A stretch of 64,000 nucleotides of DNA from Somniosus microcephalus (GCA_052327205.1 CM126223.1:69936001-70000000), one strand, 5' to 3'; shown: positions 23,058-36,750, counted from the first letter of the stretch. The notes: generated from the letters alone by a model not told the origin. Translations and numbers: made by a program.

Positions 23058-23889
23058 GGAGCTTCATTTGCCCAGTGCCTATTTGAATGATTGATCCTTC
23101 CAATGAGAAGAGGCACAAAAGCATTGAATAACAGGGTCTTCAACTTAATAATATGGTTACGTATATAGAACAGAGGGAGCTTAATAATAACTGGTAACAA
23201 TGATCCAAGTCAGCAACTGCAACAGCACTCTATCTTCCTTCCATCTATTCATCCGCATCTATTGCTCCACAGATTTTGTCTTGTGTACCCAACTTACCCC
23301 ATCTCTTTCCACAGCCCAGTCCCACCAGTATTAGATTGTTTGGGACCAATTTTAACTTGCCAAAATCAGTGTTAATGGGATCGCAATGGCCTCAAAATGG
23401 AGTCGGTAGACTTACAGCCTGCTAATGACGACACTCTGCTGCTGCCATTTTTATAGAGGCCTACCACTGGGCGGCTGCAGTACCTGCTTGTCTCAGGCAG
23501 TGGGCCCCTTTTAATATCCAAATCAGAGTCCTATGGCGTGTATTCGATCTCGACTGCCATTTTAGGACTTTTGGACATTTTACTTGTGATATCTGAAGAG
23601 ACCCCAGAAAGGCAAGTTGTAAATTATTTTTGTGGAGCCTGGAGGGGTGGTCACCCAATATTGCACCATCCCTAATCCGGTAAGCTACATCAGGACACCT
23701 GTTTCGGATGGACCATTCACTGGGCCTCAAAATGGCTCCGGCTTCTTCGCAGTTGGATTGGGTGGGCAGCCTGAGCACTTGGCCGATCCACCACTCAAAA
23801 GGTTAAAATCTACATGGAACTATGAATTTGATAAGATGGTCAGGTTGAGCAAATCACTTTCATGCATCCATAAGTATGGCAATTTCCGT

Positions 23890-24290
23890 AAGTAGCACTC
23901 TTGCCTCCGAGTCAGAAGGTTGTGGGTACAAGTCCCACTCCAGAGACTTGAGCCCATAATCTAGGCTGAGACGGGAGTGCAGTACTGAGGGAATGTTGTA
24001 CTGTTGGAGATGCTGTCTTTCAGATGAGATGTTAAACTGAGGCCCCATCTGCCCTTTCAGGTGGACGTAAAAGATCCCATTGCACTATTCGAAAAAGAAC
24101 TGTGGAGTTTTCCCGTGTGTCCTGGACAATATTTATCTTTCAACCGACATCACTAAAAACAAATGATCTGGTCATTATCACATTGCTGTTTGTGGGGCAT
24201 TGCTGTGTGCAAATTAACTGCCGCACTTCTTAAAACAGCAGCTACACTTCAAAAAGTACTTCATACTATTAATGCAAGTTCTTTCTTTTT
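23890..24290 (+). mobile_element. DeuSINE (SacSINE1-like)
   Basis: Similar to 12242-12705 along its length. Confidence 0.8.
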
Positions 24291-25419
24291 ATAAGGAATT
24301 CCTGTCCACAGGTAAACAAGAGAAAGCAAAGCCATCATATGAACTCTGATAAGAGCTAGGGTTTTAGATCTTCCCGAGCCCTACAAACAAAATAATTTAC
24401 ATACGGTTTAATCTCGAATTGGGCTCAGATTGTTTTTGACACCGATAATGTGAAATGCCTCCACTTACACTTACTCAAACTGTATTGCTGTAAGAGAAGT
24501 TAGGCATGTTGTGGTGAATTTATCAATTGCAGTTCTGCCTCAGGCTAATGCTGGTTATCAGATTTTTGGTGAGAATCCTGCTTTTTACCGGATAGGAAAG
24601 AGGTTCAGTTTCCAGGAGTGGCAATTGATTTCAATGGTGCCATGCAATTTGTTCCTTAGTTTTTGAAATTAACTTGGTGAAACTGGGGAAATGACATGAA
24701 AAGAGGGATGTCTATCGAGTCTTACAGCCTGTATTCATAATTAATTCCAGCGATTTCTTACGACGCAGGGTGGATGGGGAAAATGATCATGGAGAGTACA
24801 TCTTAGATAGCCCTTTGTGTAACTGGATTCAACTACTGCTGAGGAAATTCATTCCCCACATTTTTCAGATGCTGAGACGTCAACGTGACCTTGAGTGTTT
24901 TGCACCAATATTTTCTAAGGCATCACACAAATTCTTGGACCATGCACCTTTGGAGTCTAATGAACTACCTGTTCATAACATATCAAAGTTTACACATAAC
25001 TTATTGAAATGATTGAGCGCGCCAACTCAAACTTCAATTTAATATTGAACATTTCTCCACTAACTGCTTTGGAAATTTGTCATGTTTGCTGAAATTATAA
25101 ATGCCAGCACTGTATGATGTATTTAAATTTGATTTAAAAATTCCTCCCCCCCCCCCAATGGCATCGACTCCTTGCTCTGGTGTAGTTGCACAGGTGCAGG
25201 CTGTTCTCTGACTCAAATTACCCTGCATGTTTGGCAGTAATTAACACTTATCACACATCGTTAAAAGGATACTTAGACTGAAATGGACAAGACTAACTTT
25301 GTGGCGAGTTTAGTTCATATCTACCGTGCAAATACAGCAACTTCATGCCATTCAATGCATTTCAACGGCGAGCCAGACAGCGAGATGCCATTTTTGTGAA
25401 GCCAACGGTAGAGCAGCGC

Positions 25420-26110
25420 AACTTGGGACATCAACATCCTGGGGGTTACCATTGATCAGAAACTGAACTGGACCAGCCATATAAATACTGTGGCTACAAG
25501 AGCAGGCCAGAGGCTGGGAATTCTGCGGCGCGTGTCTCACCTCCTGACTCCCCAAAGCCTTTCCACCATCTACAAGGCACAAGTCAGGAGTGTGATGGAA
25601 TACTCTCCACTTGCCTGGATGAGTGCAGCTCCAACAACACTCAAGAAGCTCGACACCATTCAGGATAAAGCAGCCCGCTTGATTGGCACTCCATCCACCA
25701 CCTTCAACATTCACTTCCTCCATCACTGGCGCACTGTGGCTGCAGTGTGTACCATCTACAAGATGCACTGCAGCAACTCGCCAAAGCTCCTTCAACAGCA
25801 CCTTCCAAACCTGCGACCTCTACCACCTAGGACAAGGGCAGCAGACGCATGGGAACATCATCACCTACAAGTTCCCCTCCAAGCCACACACCATCCTGAC
25901 TTGGACCTGTATCGCCGTTCCTTCACTGTCGCTGGGCCAAAATCCTGGAACTCCCTTCCTAACAGCATTGTGGGTGTACCTACACCATATGGACTGCAGC
26001 GGTTCAAGAAGGCGGCTCACCACCATCTTCTCAAGGGCAATTAGGGATGGGCACTAAATGCAGGCCTAGCCAGCCAGCGACGCCCACATCCCATCAATGA
26101 ATAAAAAAAA
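25420..26110 (+). mobile_element. Non-LTR LINE 3' fragment (same family as 8113-8670)
   Basis: ORF 25490..26044 RT C-terminus; TGAATAAAAAAAA tail. Confidence 0.88.
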
Positions 26111-26842
26111 ATTCATGGATATTTGAGTTTAACTGCACATCTGCCCCATGCCAGAAATTGCTGTACCATTTGCGCATAAACAACAGAGTGCCATTACATA
26201 AACGTTTCAAAATATGTGGGGGAGTACCGAGTAGTTACTCATGTTCCTTTGCGCATACAAGTTCCAGATTTGGGGAGTAAAAAGCTGGTCCCTCGAGAGA
26301 TGTTCTGAACAAGTGAAAAACATTCACTCTATAACTGTTTAAAAAAGTTTAAATGAAAATGGTTTTGTACTTGGAATTACCACACTGAAGTGTTCTGTAC
26401 ATTAAAAAAGCTTGGAAGCTGCAACTTGGAATAGTACAATGTATTAATTGCAGGTTGACTTTCACGCTGTGCGCTGACAAACATTTAATTTAGAAGTTTC
26501 GTGAACTGAAATGTCACAGTCAACCTTTGAACTTCTGTGCAGGGGAAATTCAGTCATTAAAATATTGAAACATGAATGTCTTTGTGTATTTGCTTTATTC
26601 ATGGAAAGATACAATAGACATCAAGAATGGAAAGCATGATAATATGGTTTAAATTTCCTTGTGTTGCAAATACAACAATACACATTTATGAAACCATAAA
26701 ACTTTAAATTATTGAAATAAGAGAGTGCAAGGAGAACCCCATTATTTTCCATGTAATATGTTTCCCACCATTTGTAATCAGTGGAAAAAGGCATTCTCAC
26801 CAATAAAAAGAACTAGTAATAAGTAGATTTAAGATACTAGTA

Positions 26843-27171
26843 CAGGAAACTTTCGATTAACCGGCCCCTAAATAACTGGAACGCTCTATCCACCGGCAAA
26901 ATTCAGGAGTCGGTTCAGGTAACTTTTTTGTTACTTTTTTTTAAAACTCCATTTGTTGCTGTGCAAGGGTGTAGCTGAAACTGTTGCTAAGCTACAGAGA
27001 CGCTTGCAACTTGTGCCGATTGTTTTGAACCTGCTGCTAAGCAACAGGGGTTGTTGCTTTATACGGAGCTCTGAGCTCCGTATCTTTTACTATAGCGTTC
27101 GGTTATCCGGAATTGTTGATGAACCGGCACCACGTCGGTCCCGTCCGTGCCGGATACCAGAAAGTTTCCTG
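26843..27171 (+). mobile_element. Tigger/pogo-like MITE, family A copy 1
   Basis: TA-CAGGAAACTTTC...GAAAGTTTCCTG-TA: TIRs with TA TSD. Confidence 0.85.
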
Positions 27172-29672
27172 TAATTATATAGGTTTAAACAGGTTTTTCT
27201 TCAGTGTAAAATGGAACAGAATTACATCATATTTCAAAGCATAATACAGTTCCCAGTGTGCATAAAACTGGCTTCAATGCACAGCCCAAGCTTACTCACA
27301 TTCAACCTAATTACAACTCTTTAAATTCAATGCTTTTGCAGGTAGGTTAACTGTGCCATTGCGGATTTACCCAAATTGCATACGGCTACATTTGTGCAGG
27401 CTTGTAGCTACAAAATGCTAGTTTCAATAAGCAAGATTTGAATTCACAGTACTTTTATTTAGAACAAAAGCTTCAGATATTTTAGGTGAAGATTGTATTG
27501 AAAATGTCAACTCTCCTCTTCAAGGGGACATCATTCAAGATTGTGTAAAATTATTCCGTAATGCAAAACGATTAAATACAAAATGAAGCTCTTATGGGTC
27601 AATCATTTTGGATAGAGCATGTATTCTTCCTAATTGATTGAAATCACTCCCTTGTCAACCCATCTTAACTCCAACATTTCAATGCCTTTAGATAAGACTT
27701 GGACTCAGTTTCATAGGCCTATACAAATCCAATCTAGATTAGTGTTTGCACTACTGCAAATTCTAATGATTAGAAGGTGTTTGGGTTAATAAGACATTGC
27801 ATTAGATCAAATGCTTATTAAAGTACCACAAGCACATCCTAAGCATGTCTCACGTGTAAATTACCATTTTTCAACTGAAAACTTAACTTCTAGCTGTGGA
27901 AGTAACTTCTCTGACTAGCTTTTTGATTAATAACAAAGCAAAGTTGAAACCAGATGCTTGGACAATGCACCAGTTCTAAACCTTTGTTACTCGTATTGAA
28001 ACCTTACGGCTGAGGATTCAGCATTTGTAATCCAGGTATGGGGCAGTTTCAAAGAACGCGACCAATTTCAGGAATAAAATACAATTAGTACAGTACAAGC
28101 AGGATGATAGTAAACCCCACTAATGCTTTTCCATAAGTAACACATTTGTTTAATACAAACTGGTTGCAATCTCCATTGGGTTAAATATCTTGGAAAATAC
28201 AGTACTGTAAATACTCTATATTTCTTGAAGGCCTTCAATTATTTTTGAGCCATGTTTCTGAAAGGGTTTTATATTGGATTATTGATAGATGTGACAAAAG
28301 GGAGTAATTTAATATACCTAGGATATGCTATTTTGCTGCAACACAATGAAAAATATAGAACACACAAGTTGGAGTCTGTTGCAAGGGAATATATGAAGGC
28401 ATTCAGGTGACTTTACAGATATCAAGAACGGTATATCTATTCCATTTTAACAGTGTCATTCCTTACAAGTGGTTTTCTGTGAGCTGAAGCCACAGGATAG
28501 ACTCTTGATTGGGTGAGACGAGTTGAGCTGAAACGCTATTGTACCATGTGATTTGGACCACAGCAGCATTGACTTTCATTTCGCTACATGCTGTGGGGAA
28601 ACAGCAGACCCTGTATATATTACAACAAACTGCTGGAGATCAAATGACATTGCACAATGGCACTCCAGCTCAATGACTTGGTACAACAGTCGGAGCCTAC
28701 TTTCCATCTGACAGAACACCCGCTGCCAAGAAAAATTGCAAATGGAATAAACCCACCCCTAAATATAATATATATATTAACACATGCCATCGGAGTTCAG
28801 ATATTGATAAACTGATCCAATTTCTCTTAGTCTTTGAGATTATGCCAATCCCTCATTGCATCACCACTTTATGCTATCCTTTACATACTGAATGGCTTTG
28901 AAATACATATGCAGAAGTACTGCTATTTATGTTTGAATCATTTAGTACTCCAAGTACTTATTAGGTAACTGAAATATACTGTTCTAATTTGGTAAGTTAC
29001 AAAATAACCAGAATGTGAGAAAGTGTCTTGAAAAGTAAATGCTCTTTTATTTAAAGGGGAAAAAAATGATCTTAATAAATCAAGTACAATTTAAACTATC
29101 TTTTCCCACCAGAACATATAAGCACCACATGCTGGTGACTGTTCTGTTGTTTGTCAAGTTTCACCACAAGCATAAAAAAACAAAACAAGTTTGCATATAC
29201 CTACTTATGTACACCATTATAATATATGATATGAAGCATTTGTATTTGTCAAGCAGGTGATAACCAGTATGCTTTACAGGGTTATCTATTACTTAACGGT
29301 TACAAATGTTCTGAAATCCCAGCTCCGCAGAAATTAAAATTAGGCTGTCTGTAAACTGGCATTTTTTGCACATGTGCAAGTCTCAGTAGGGTCGGGGTAT
29401 GCGTTCACTGTTTCAGCCATTTGGCATAGTACACAAGCCCACTGGCTTATTTATTCCAACATTCCAGTGATTTCCTTTAGGCTTCTGAAAGTATCAAACT
29501 TCCTTTTGTATCGGCAATACTGAATGTCGCAGACATTCTGAAAATAGCCAATACATAGCTTAGAAAAAAAATCCCATGCCAATCTGTAGCTGTTTGGTAT
29601 AGGGAAACACTGAAATTAGCAGACCCAGGTAAGGTGGGATCAAAGTTCAAATGGAGTTCATTTTGTCCTCCT

Positions 29673-29862
29673 CTACCGATCCATTTCATCTAGCAGTGGG
29701 GTGGCATCACCAGCAATGGACATTGGGGTGCCTTCAATCATGGGACTTGGTGAAGGCCGAGGAGTCATCTTTGCTTTCTGTTTTCGTCTCTCCTGTTCTT
29801 TTTCCTGCAGCCACTGTTCTGCTATTTTGCCCCAGTCAACTGCAGTATGAGCAGTTGAAGTC
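29673..29862 (-). CDS. SUPT6H: SUPT6H last coding exon ([29 protein letters not shown]...[12 protein letters not shown])
   Basis: ttag acceptor; TAG at 29673-29675; conserved vertebrate C-terminus. Confidence 0.96.
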
Positions 29863-30137
29863 CTAAGTCAAAGGGTGAGAAACAATGTTAGTGTTCTTGA
29901 ATCCATGCGTTTGCCATGTTAAATTTTTCTTACAGCTGTATACCATCCAAAAATACAACACTCCTTCCAATCACAAGAACGCCTCCCGGATTGGGTGCCT
30001 GAAATTGGGACATTGCAAACTTGTGATGCTCAAAAAAAAACCCAGTGGATGCTCAGTTGTTGAGTATATTCAAGGTAGAGATCGATTGATTTTTGGATAT
30101 CAATCAAGGGTATGGGGATAGTGCAGGAAGGTCGAGT

Positions 30138-30432
30138 TCACAGAATCACAGAAACCCCACAGTGCAGATAGAGGCCATTTCGGCCCATCGAGCCTGCACC
30201 GACACATATCCCACCCGATCCCCTAACACTAAGGGTCAATTTATCATAGCCAATCATCCTAACCCTCACATCTTTGGACTGTGGGAGGAAACCGGAGCAC
30301 CCGGAGAAAACCCACGCAAACACAGGGAGAATGTGCAAACTCCACACAGACAGTCGCCCGAGGCCGGATTCGAACCCGGGTCCCTGGCGCTGTGAGGCAA
30401 CAGTGCTAACCCGCTATGCCACCGTGCTGCCC
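30138..30432 (-). mobile_element. Full-length HE1-like tRNA-derived V-SINE nested in a CR1 tail (host about 30045-30530, +)
   Basis: Minus strand GGGCAGCACGGTGGCATAGCGG (A box)...GGTTCGAATCC (B box), V-domain TGTGTGGAGTTTGCACATTCTCCC, GTGATTCT tail. Confidence 0.88.
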
Positions 30433-30884
30433 TATTGACCGTGTTGACGTATAAGATCAGCCACGATCTTATTGAATGGCGGAGCAGGCTCGAAGGGCCG
30501 AATGGCCTACTCCTACTTCTTATGTTCATAAACCTGTATCTTATCCAGAGCTTCAGGCATCACTTTTGATAATTAGTTGCCATTTAAGGTTGCTACTGTA
30601 ATTGGTTAAAGTGTTTATTTCCCATTCGGATACACAAGACAATGTCAATCTTTGAAAGCAAATGGTAGATCACGGGGCACATGTTTATCTTGGCGCTCCC
30701 AGCACATAGTTTGGTATGCCAGGCGTGCATATTGGGAGCCTTCCCTCATGAGTTTTCATTATTACACGCAGTCTCATTAAATAAATTCTTGATGTGCTCC
30801 TGGTGCACAAAGCTTTGCAGTGGGGTTGCTGAAAACTAAAATTCACCTCTCAATTTTACACCATTCTTCCAAGCTATATAAACC

Positions 30885-31725
30885 TAGGAACATTCAGAAC
30901 AGGGAGCAGGCCATTCAGCCCCTCCAGTATATTCTGCCATTCAAGTAGATCATGGCAGATCTGTACCTCCATTTATCTGCCTTTGATCCAAAACCCCAAC
31001 AAAATCTATCTACCTCAGTCTTCAAAGCTTCAATTGTCCCAGCGTCCACAGCATTTTTGGGGAGAGTTCCAGATTTCCACTACCCTGTGTGAAAACGTGC
31101 TTCCTGATTGTGCTCCTGTATGGCCTAGCTCTAATTTTAAGATTATATCCCCTTGTTCTTGATTTTCCCCACCGGAGGAAATAGTGCCTTCACAGCTACC
31201 CTATCAAATCCGTAGAACATTTTGAACACCTAGATCAGACCACCCCTTAATCTTCTATACTCAAAGGAATACAAGCTCTCCAAGTCCCAGTATCATTCTA
31301 GTGAATCTGCGCTGCAGTCCCTCCAAGGCCAATATATCCTTCTTGAGGTGCGGTGTCCAAAACGGACTGCAGTATTCCAGATGGGGTCTGACCAAGGCTC
31401 TATAAAAATGAAGCACGGTTTCCTCCTCGCTGTATTCCAGTCTGAGATAAAGATCAACATTCCATTAGCCTTTTTGAACTTATCTACTAGCTTTTAATGA
31501 TGTGTGTATTTGGACACCCACATCTCTTTGCTACTCTACAGTTCCTAGACTCTTATTTAAAAAATGCTCCTATTTATCTTTATTGGGTCCAAAGTGGATG
31601 CCCTCACACTTACCCACATTGAACTTAATTTGCCACAGTTTTGCTCATTTACTTAATCTTTCCATGACCCTTTGCCACTTTCTGCTCCCATTTGCATTAC
31701 TTACTGTCCCACCTAACTTGGCATC
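30885..31725 (-). mobile_element. Old CR1 LINE fragment in the last SUPT6H intron
   Basis: CR1 tail plus degraded ORF2 (reverse complement of LVRPHLEYC at about 31370-31400). Confidence 0.75.
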
Positions 31726-31750
31726 AATCAACCACTCCAAAGATACTCAC

Positions 31751-31920
31751 TTTGGCTGTGACCTTTGTCGGGTTGTAGACGGCGGTGCGACAGAAGGTTG
31801 GGGTGTAGCATTTCCATGGTACTGAGGTGTTGTAATGGGTTGCTGACTGGGTGTTGTGTACGAATAGCTTGGAGTCATCAATGGTGTTGCTACTGGCTGC
31901 TGTGCAGGAGTTGCAAAAAC
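31751..31920 (-). CDS. SUPT6H: SUPT6H penultimate exon ([35 protein letters not shown]...QP)
   Basis: AG/GT boundaries, 170 nt. Confidence 0.93.
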
Positions 31921-32997
31921 CTGAAAAAAGAATAAAGGCCGCTAAATCAGGTTCAACTAAAGGCAGAAAATAGGTAGCTAATTTAGAAGATTACAGGGAT
32001 CACACCATTCTTGTTGTATTTTAACCATGGAAAGGTACCTGTTGCTCCAACACTCAGTATTACTGGAATATAAAACAAGCTTAGACAGCCACAGGCTTCA
32101 TTACTGTATTTCTTTTTAGGATCTCTATGTTCCTTAAAGAGGTTGTTGAAAATTAAACCACAGTCAACATTACACAGTGACAATTTTAATGTCATTTGTA
32201 CTTTGAATGCATAAAATATTGCAGTACAACAAAGTAGGCAACAATCCAATGAGTATTTGAAAACATTGGGACACAAAGAAAATATGGGGTTCCAACTGAG
32301 TACATCAGTGTTTTGGAGGTAACGTTAGAGTTGGATGTAGCAAATGATTTCTTGCTGGCCAAGCTGGTATTTGCTGGCAAACTTAGATAGAAAATGTAGC
32401 GGTTGACTAAGTTCGGTGCACCTCATTCATGTAAAGACTTGAATTTGCTTGAGGTGTTGTCTTCTGTGAAGTTGCTACTTTGTTGGATAGGGCGATTTTG
32501 TAGGCAAACTCCGGGGTATCTTCAGTGAACTGCGGATTCCTCTCTAATATTATGAACCAACCCAGAGGACGAGATCTCTCCAAAGTGCCATGCTGGTATG
32601 TGGATGCACAGCATCTAGTAGAAATAGAGGCAAAGGGGGGAGTACCTTCAATTTCACTGTGACTATCCTCCTAAGCAGTGATATGACAGGCTATTTTACC
32701 TGTCATAAGATGCCAAGGAGAAGGGAGAAAAGTTACTCTGGTGCACAGTTTAGAGTTTGGCTGTTAATTGTTCCTAGGTATTTCCAACCTATCACAGATC
32801 ATGTGAAGAGGTAAGTTTCCCATTTGTGTGCTGGGTGTTTTGTGGATATTGGACATACGCTGGCTAGGGAATAGTTAAGTTGTATTTGGGACATGAGGGC
32901 AACGCTTTGGACATGAAAGATATTTAGAAATGAGCACCAATGTTCTAGGGTTTAAAAAGTTGAAATTAGAAATCTTAAGGAAAACAGTCAAACGTAC

Positions 32998-33152
32998 GTG
33001 ATAGGCACTGCTTCCGCCATAGCCATACTGACTGGATCCCCACTGTGCTGGCGTAGCATTTGGATTCTGACCCTGTCCGGAAACAGCTGCTATGGCATTG
33101 AACATTTGCGTTGTCATGTTCTGTGGGAGAGCATTAACTACTCGCGTAAGAT
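32998..33152 (-). CDS. SUPT6H: SUPT6H exon ([51 protein letters not shown])
   Basis: AG/GT boundaries, 155 nt. Confidence 0.94.
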
Positions 33153-33914
33153 CTAGCACAGAAAGGAAAAGGATTATTTTTCAAACTACTGCGTATGCCA
33201 ATTACATACTGATTTCGAGAAAATATCATTTCATTAGCACACCTGAATCAAAGTAACAGTTCTATTTTAACTGCACTGAAAGCTTACCAGATACAAGGCA
33301 GATTTAGTATGCAATATATACCATGATTCTGTTAATATTAATTACTGCAAATGGAAGTCATATACATTATAACAGTATAAATGAAAACCACAAAACCACA
33401 TAATATAACCACTTTCTTTCCACAGATATACATGTCAAAACAAATCAAACTCCACCATAAAACATTCCGGATTAGGAGGCAATTTTGTTCGATTTTATTA
33501 CCCCAATATCTCACTTTACCTCCTTTAGGTGCAAATTTGGGGTTCAGGGCTACAGGATTATAAATCTCTACAAAAACAAACCCATACAATTCATTCTGCC
33601 CACCCGGAAATATGTTTATCAGCTAAACATTAAACAGAATTAGCAGGATGGTCTTGGGAGGCACAGACCATCACTATGGAATATGGGAGGCTAAGAAGAT
33701 ACAAAATGATGTCCAACCTAACCTCCCCCATCACTGGTTTACTAAAACCGCATTAGTTAAAACTTCAAAATCCTAAGCAAAGGTTTATTTAGGTTATGCT
33801 CCTGCTGGCTGCTGAACTACTCCACTGAATTGTTAACTGGGAAATACAAGGGGCTCGAGTGATCGTGACAGCAACACTATTAAGGGAGGCAGGAGCGAGC
33901 AAAGTGTACCAAAA

Positions 33915-34122
33915 TAACAACAGAAAATGCTGGAAAAACTCAGCAGGTCAGGCAACATCCGTGGAGAGAAATTTGAGTTGACGTTTCGGGTCGAACCCTT
34001 CTTTTCAACCCGAAACTTCAACTCAAATTTCTCTCCACGGATGTTGCCTGACCTGCTGAGTTTTTCCAGCATTTTCTGTTGTTATTTCGGATTTCCAACA
34101 TCTGCAGTATTTTGCTATCGTA
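33915..34122. mobile_element. Penelope-derived palindromic insertion with 14-bp TSD
   Basis: Arms 33912-33995 and 34004-34087 are reverse complements (first 70 bp perfect). AAAGTGTACCAAAA is duplicated at 33901-33914 and 34123-34136. Confidence 0.8.
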
Positions 34123-34390
34123 AAAGTGTACCAAAAGTCAGACTTAGAACTGCAAAAGTTGCATATCAAATAAAACTTTCCACTGTAACAATCTGATTTA
34201 GTATATTATAATTAGCCATTTCCTATCATTGACATTTCCGTGATCAGTGCCATCTAGCTTTATTTATCACTGATAATAAAACTGGCATAAATACCTTCTG
34301 TCCAAGAGTATAGCAATGTATTTTATAATCAGAAACATAAGGTAACCAATACTTTTAATGCAGGAAAAACAAGTATTTCCATATATGTAC

Positions 34391-34471
34391 CTGCCAAATT
34401 AATATTAGCTGGTGTTGCATCCATAGAGGCGGGTGTTCTGCTGGATCTGCTTGTACTTGAAGGCGTAATAC
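34391..34471 (-). CDS. SUPT6H: SUPT6H exon (ITPSSTSRSSRTPASMDATPANINLA)
   Basis: AG/GT boundaries, 81 nt. Confidence 0.92.
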
Positions 34472-34723
34472 CTGGAAACAGTAATCTGTATTCATTTGGA
34501 TATTCATAGCACAAGGATAAATACCTTGTTTGCACAATCTCCACAACAACAAAAAAATTAATAAATGCCAGTGTATATTTTATCCAAGCTTTCAATAGAA
34601 TTGATTCAAATGATTAAAAAGTCAACTACCCCTGTATTTTCCTTACCAATTCATTCTAGCCCATTATAAAGCGCACAGGCATGGTGTTATCTTCACTGGC
34701 ATCTGTAGTTAGACTAGTCTTAC

Positions 34724-34836
34724 CTGGCACAGGATCCTGGAAGTGATCTTTAAACCATCGAAATAGTCCGTTCACAGTTGGGAAAACTTGCCCTCTGTAG
34801 CGGTATCCTTCTGGTGTCACCGTAACAAACTCAACC
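34724..34836 (-). CDS. SUPT6H: SUPT6H exon ([37 protein letters not shown])
   Basis: AG/GT boundaries, 113 nt. Confidence 0.95.
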
Positions 34837-34975
34837 CTGTAAAACAACATGGCATTTAGAGCGCAGACACCAAACTATGGACAGGAAATTATTTTGTTAA
34901 ACTGTTTTTTTTACAATTGCCATATAAACTTCCAGATGTTTAAACCACTACTACGGCAGGCTCCCTTCAATAATA

Positions 34976-35308
34976 CAGGAAACTTTGGTTTATCCGGAGG
35001 TTGCATGTCCAGAAACCTCGATCTACCGGCAGAAATCAGGAGCTGTTTTGTTAGGTTTTTTTTCTTCTCGTGGCTTTGTTTTCAACAGTCAGGCTCTGGA
35101 AAGTCTCTCTGAAGCTGTTGCTAAGCTACAGAGACGCTTCCAAGGTACGGGCCGACTGTTTACAAGCTGTTGCTAAGCAACAGTATTTGTTGTCAGATAC
35201 GGAGATGAAAACCTCCGTATCCTTCAACATTAACTTTGTATGTCCGGCAGTTTTGATAGATCGGCAACAGCTCGGTCCTGTCGGTGCCGGATATAACAAA
35301 GTTTCCTG
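34976..35308 (+). mobile_element. Tigger/pogo-like MITE, family A copy 2 (diverged)
   Basis: TA-CAGGAAACTTTG...CAAAGTTTCCTG TIRs; shared internal blocks. Confidence 0.8.
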
Positions 35309-36009
35309 TTTACGGTATCTCTACAATAGATTTTCTATCTTTACAGAAAGAACTACAGATTAATTCCTCACATCCTAAACCTGAAGCACAAAGAACCCTA
35401 TCTTCGACAGCAGCTGAGTTACAGTCTTAAATTTATTTCAAATTCTCACAACTCTAGCAAATTCACATCTTTGGTCTCCACACTAATAGACCATCTTTGA
35501 AAGAAATTAAGATTTTCTAAAAATAGAATATTCTCCTGTCCTAAAATGAACCATTTACATCATATCATAAATTAAAACACCTAACTGAGTTGTGGCAGAT
35601 CCCTTCTAGTCACCTACTGTGATCAGAATGCTGCCGGTTTCAGTTAACGACTAAGATCAGACTGGGTCTGTACCTTTATGCGGATATAAAACAATGCGGC
35701 ATGTAATTCATAATTGAGATTCACATGCTTTTTCAGCTCAAGACTTCCAGGAACACTGCTATCCACTCTGTAACCCCACGAGTGTGACACTTATTTTCCG
35801 GTGTGCAATCACAAGTATCAAAATTATATCCGTAATAAATACTTAATAGGGCCCAGGGAGAGGAGAGAACTTTCAATACAAGAATTACATGGGCTTATTT
35901 AGAATGTTAGTTGTATGTATCTGGATTAACCAGAAGCAGGGTTATAATTACTGAGGTTTCAGGAACAGTTTATCTATTGATAATAGAGTAACATTTTGGG
36001 GATATTAAC

Positions 36010-36134
36010 CTTGGTTTAGCACGAGGTTGGTAGCCTAACAAAAATTTTCCCGGCAGTTCCTTTGATGCTGAAACAAAATAGGGAATAAAAGAGGGCTTTT
36101 CCCTTTTGGATTTTGATAGGAGCTCTTCCATTTT
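36010..36134 (-). CDS. SUPT6H: SUPT6H exon ([41 protein letters not shown])
   Basis: AG/GT boundaries, 125 nt. Confidence 0.94.
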
Positions 36135-36364
36135 CTAGAAAGAAAAACAATTAATGCCACATTTAATATTTTTGTATAGTCACACAGAACATGAAGGTAC
36201 AGTATAACCCCCCCAAAAATGACCATTTAAAGGGGTTTTTTTTTGGGCAGAGATTAATTTTAAAGTTTAATTAAAAAAAAACATGAACATGACTCTTGCC
36301 TTTACAAACTCTGACTGACCTGCTGTGTATCATCAGCATTAAGTTTTTTATTTTAACGGACAGC

Positions 36365-36750
36365 AGCAGGGATGAGGGACTTCAGTACGTGGAGAGACGA
36401 GAGAACCTGGGATTGTTCTCCTTAGAGCAGAGAAAATTTAAGGGTAGATTTAATAGCGGTGTTCAAAATTATGACGGGTTTCGATAGAATAAATAGCGAG
36501 ACACTGTTTCCACTTGCAGAAGGGTTGGTAATCAGAGGAGACAGATTTGAGGTCATTGACAAAAGAGATGAGAATAATTTTTTTTTACCCTGTGAGTTAT
36601 GGTGATTTGGAATTTGCTGTCTGAAAGGGTGGTGGAAGCAGATTCAATATTAACTTTCAAAAGGGAATTGGATGAGTTGAGGAAGATCAGCCATCTTCTA
36701 ATTGAATGACAGAATAGGCTTGAGGGGTTGAATGGCCTATTCCTGTTTCT
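36365..36750 (+). mobile_element. CR1 LINE 3' fragment
   Basis: YVERRENLGLFSLEQRKFKG ORF2 end plus tail. Confidence 0.75.

Noticed and set aside
33833-34196. Mirror ORFs MLEKLSRSGNIRGEK on both strands
   Set aside because: Artefact of the palindrome.
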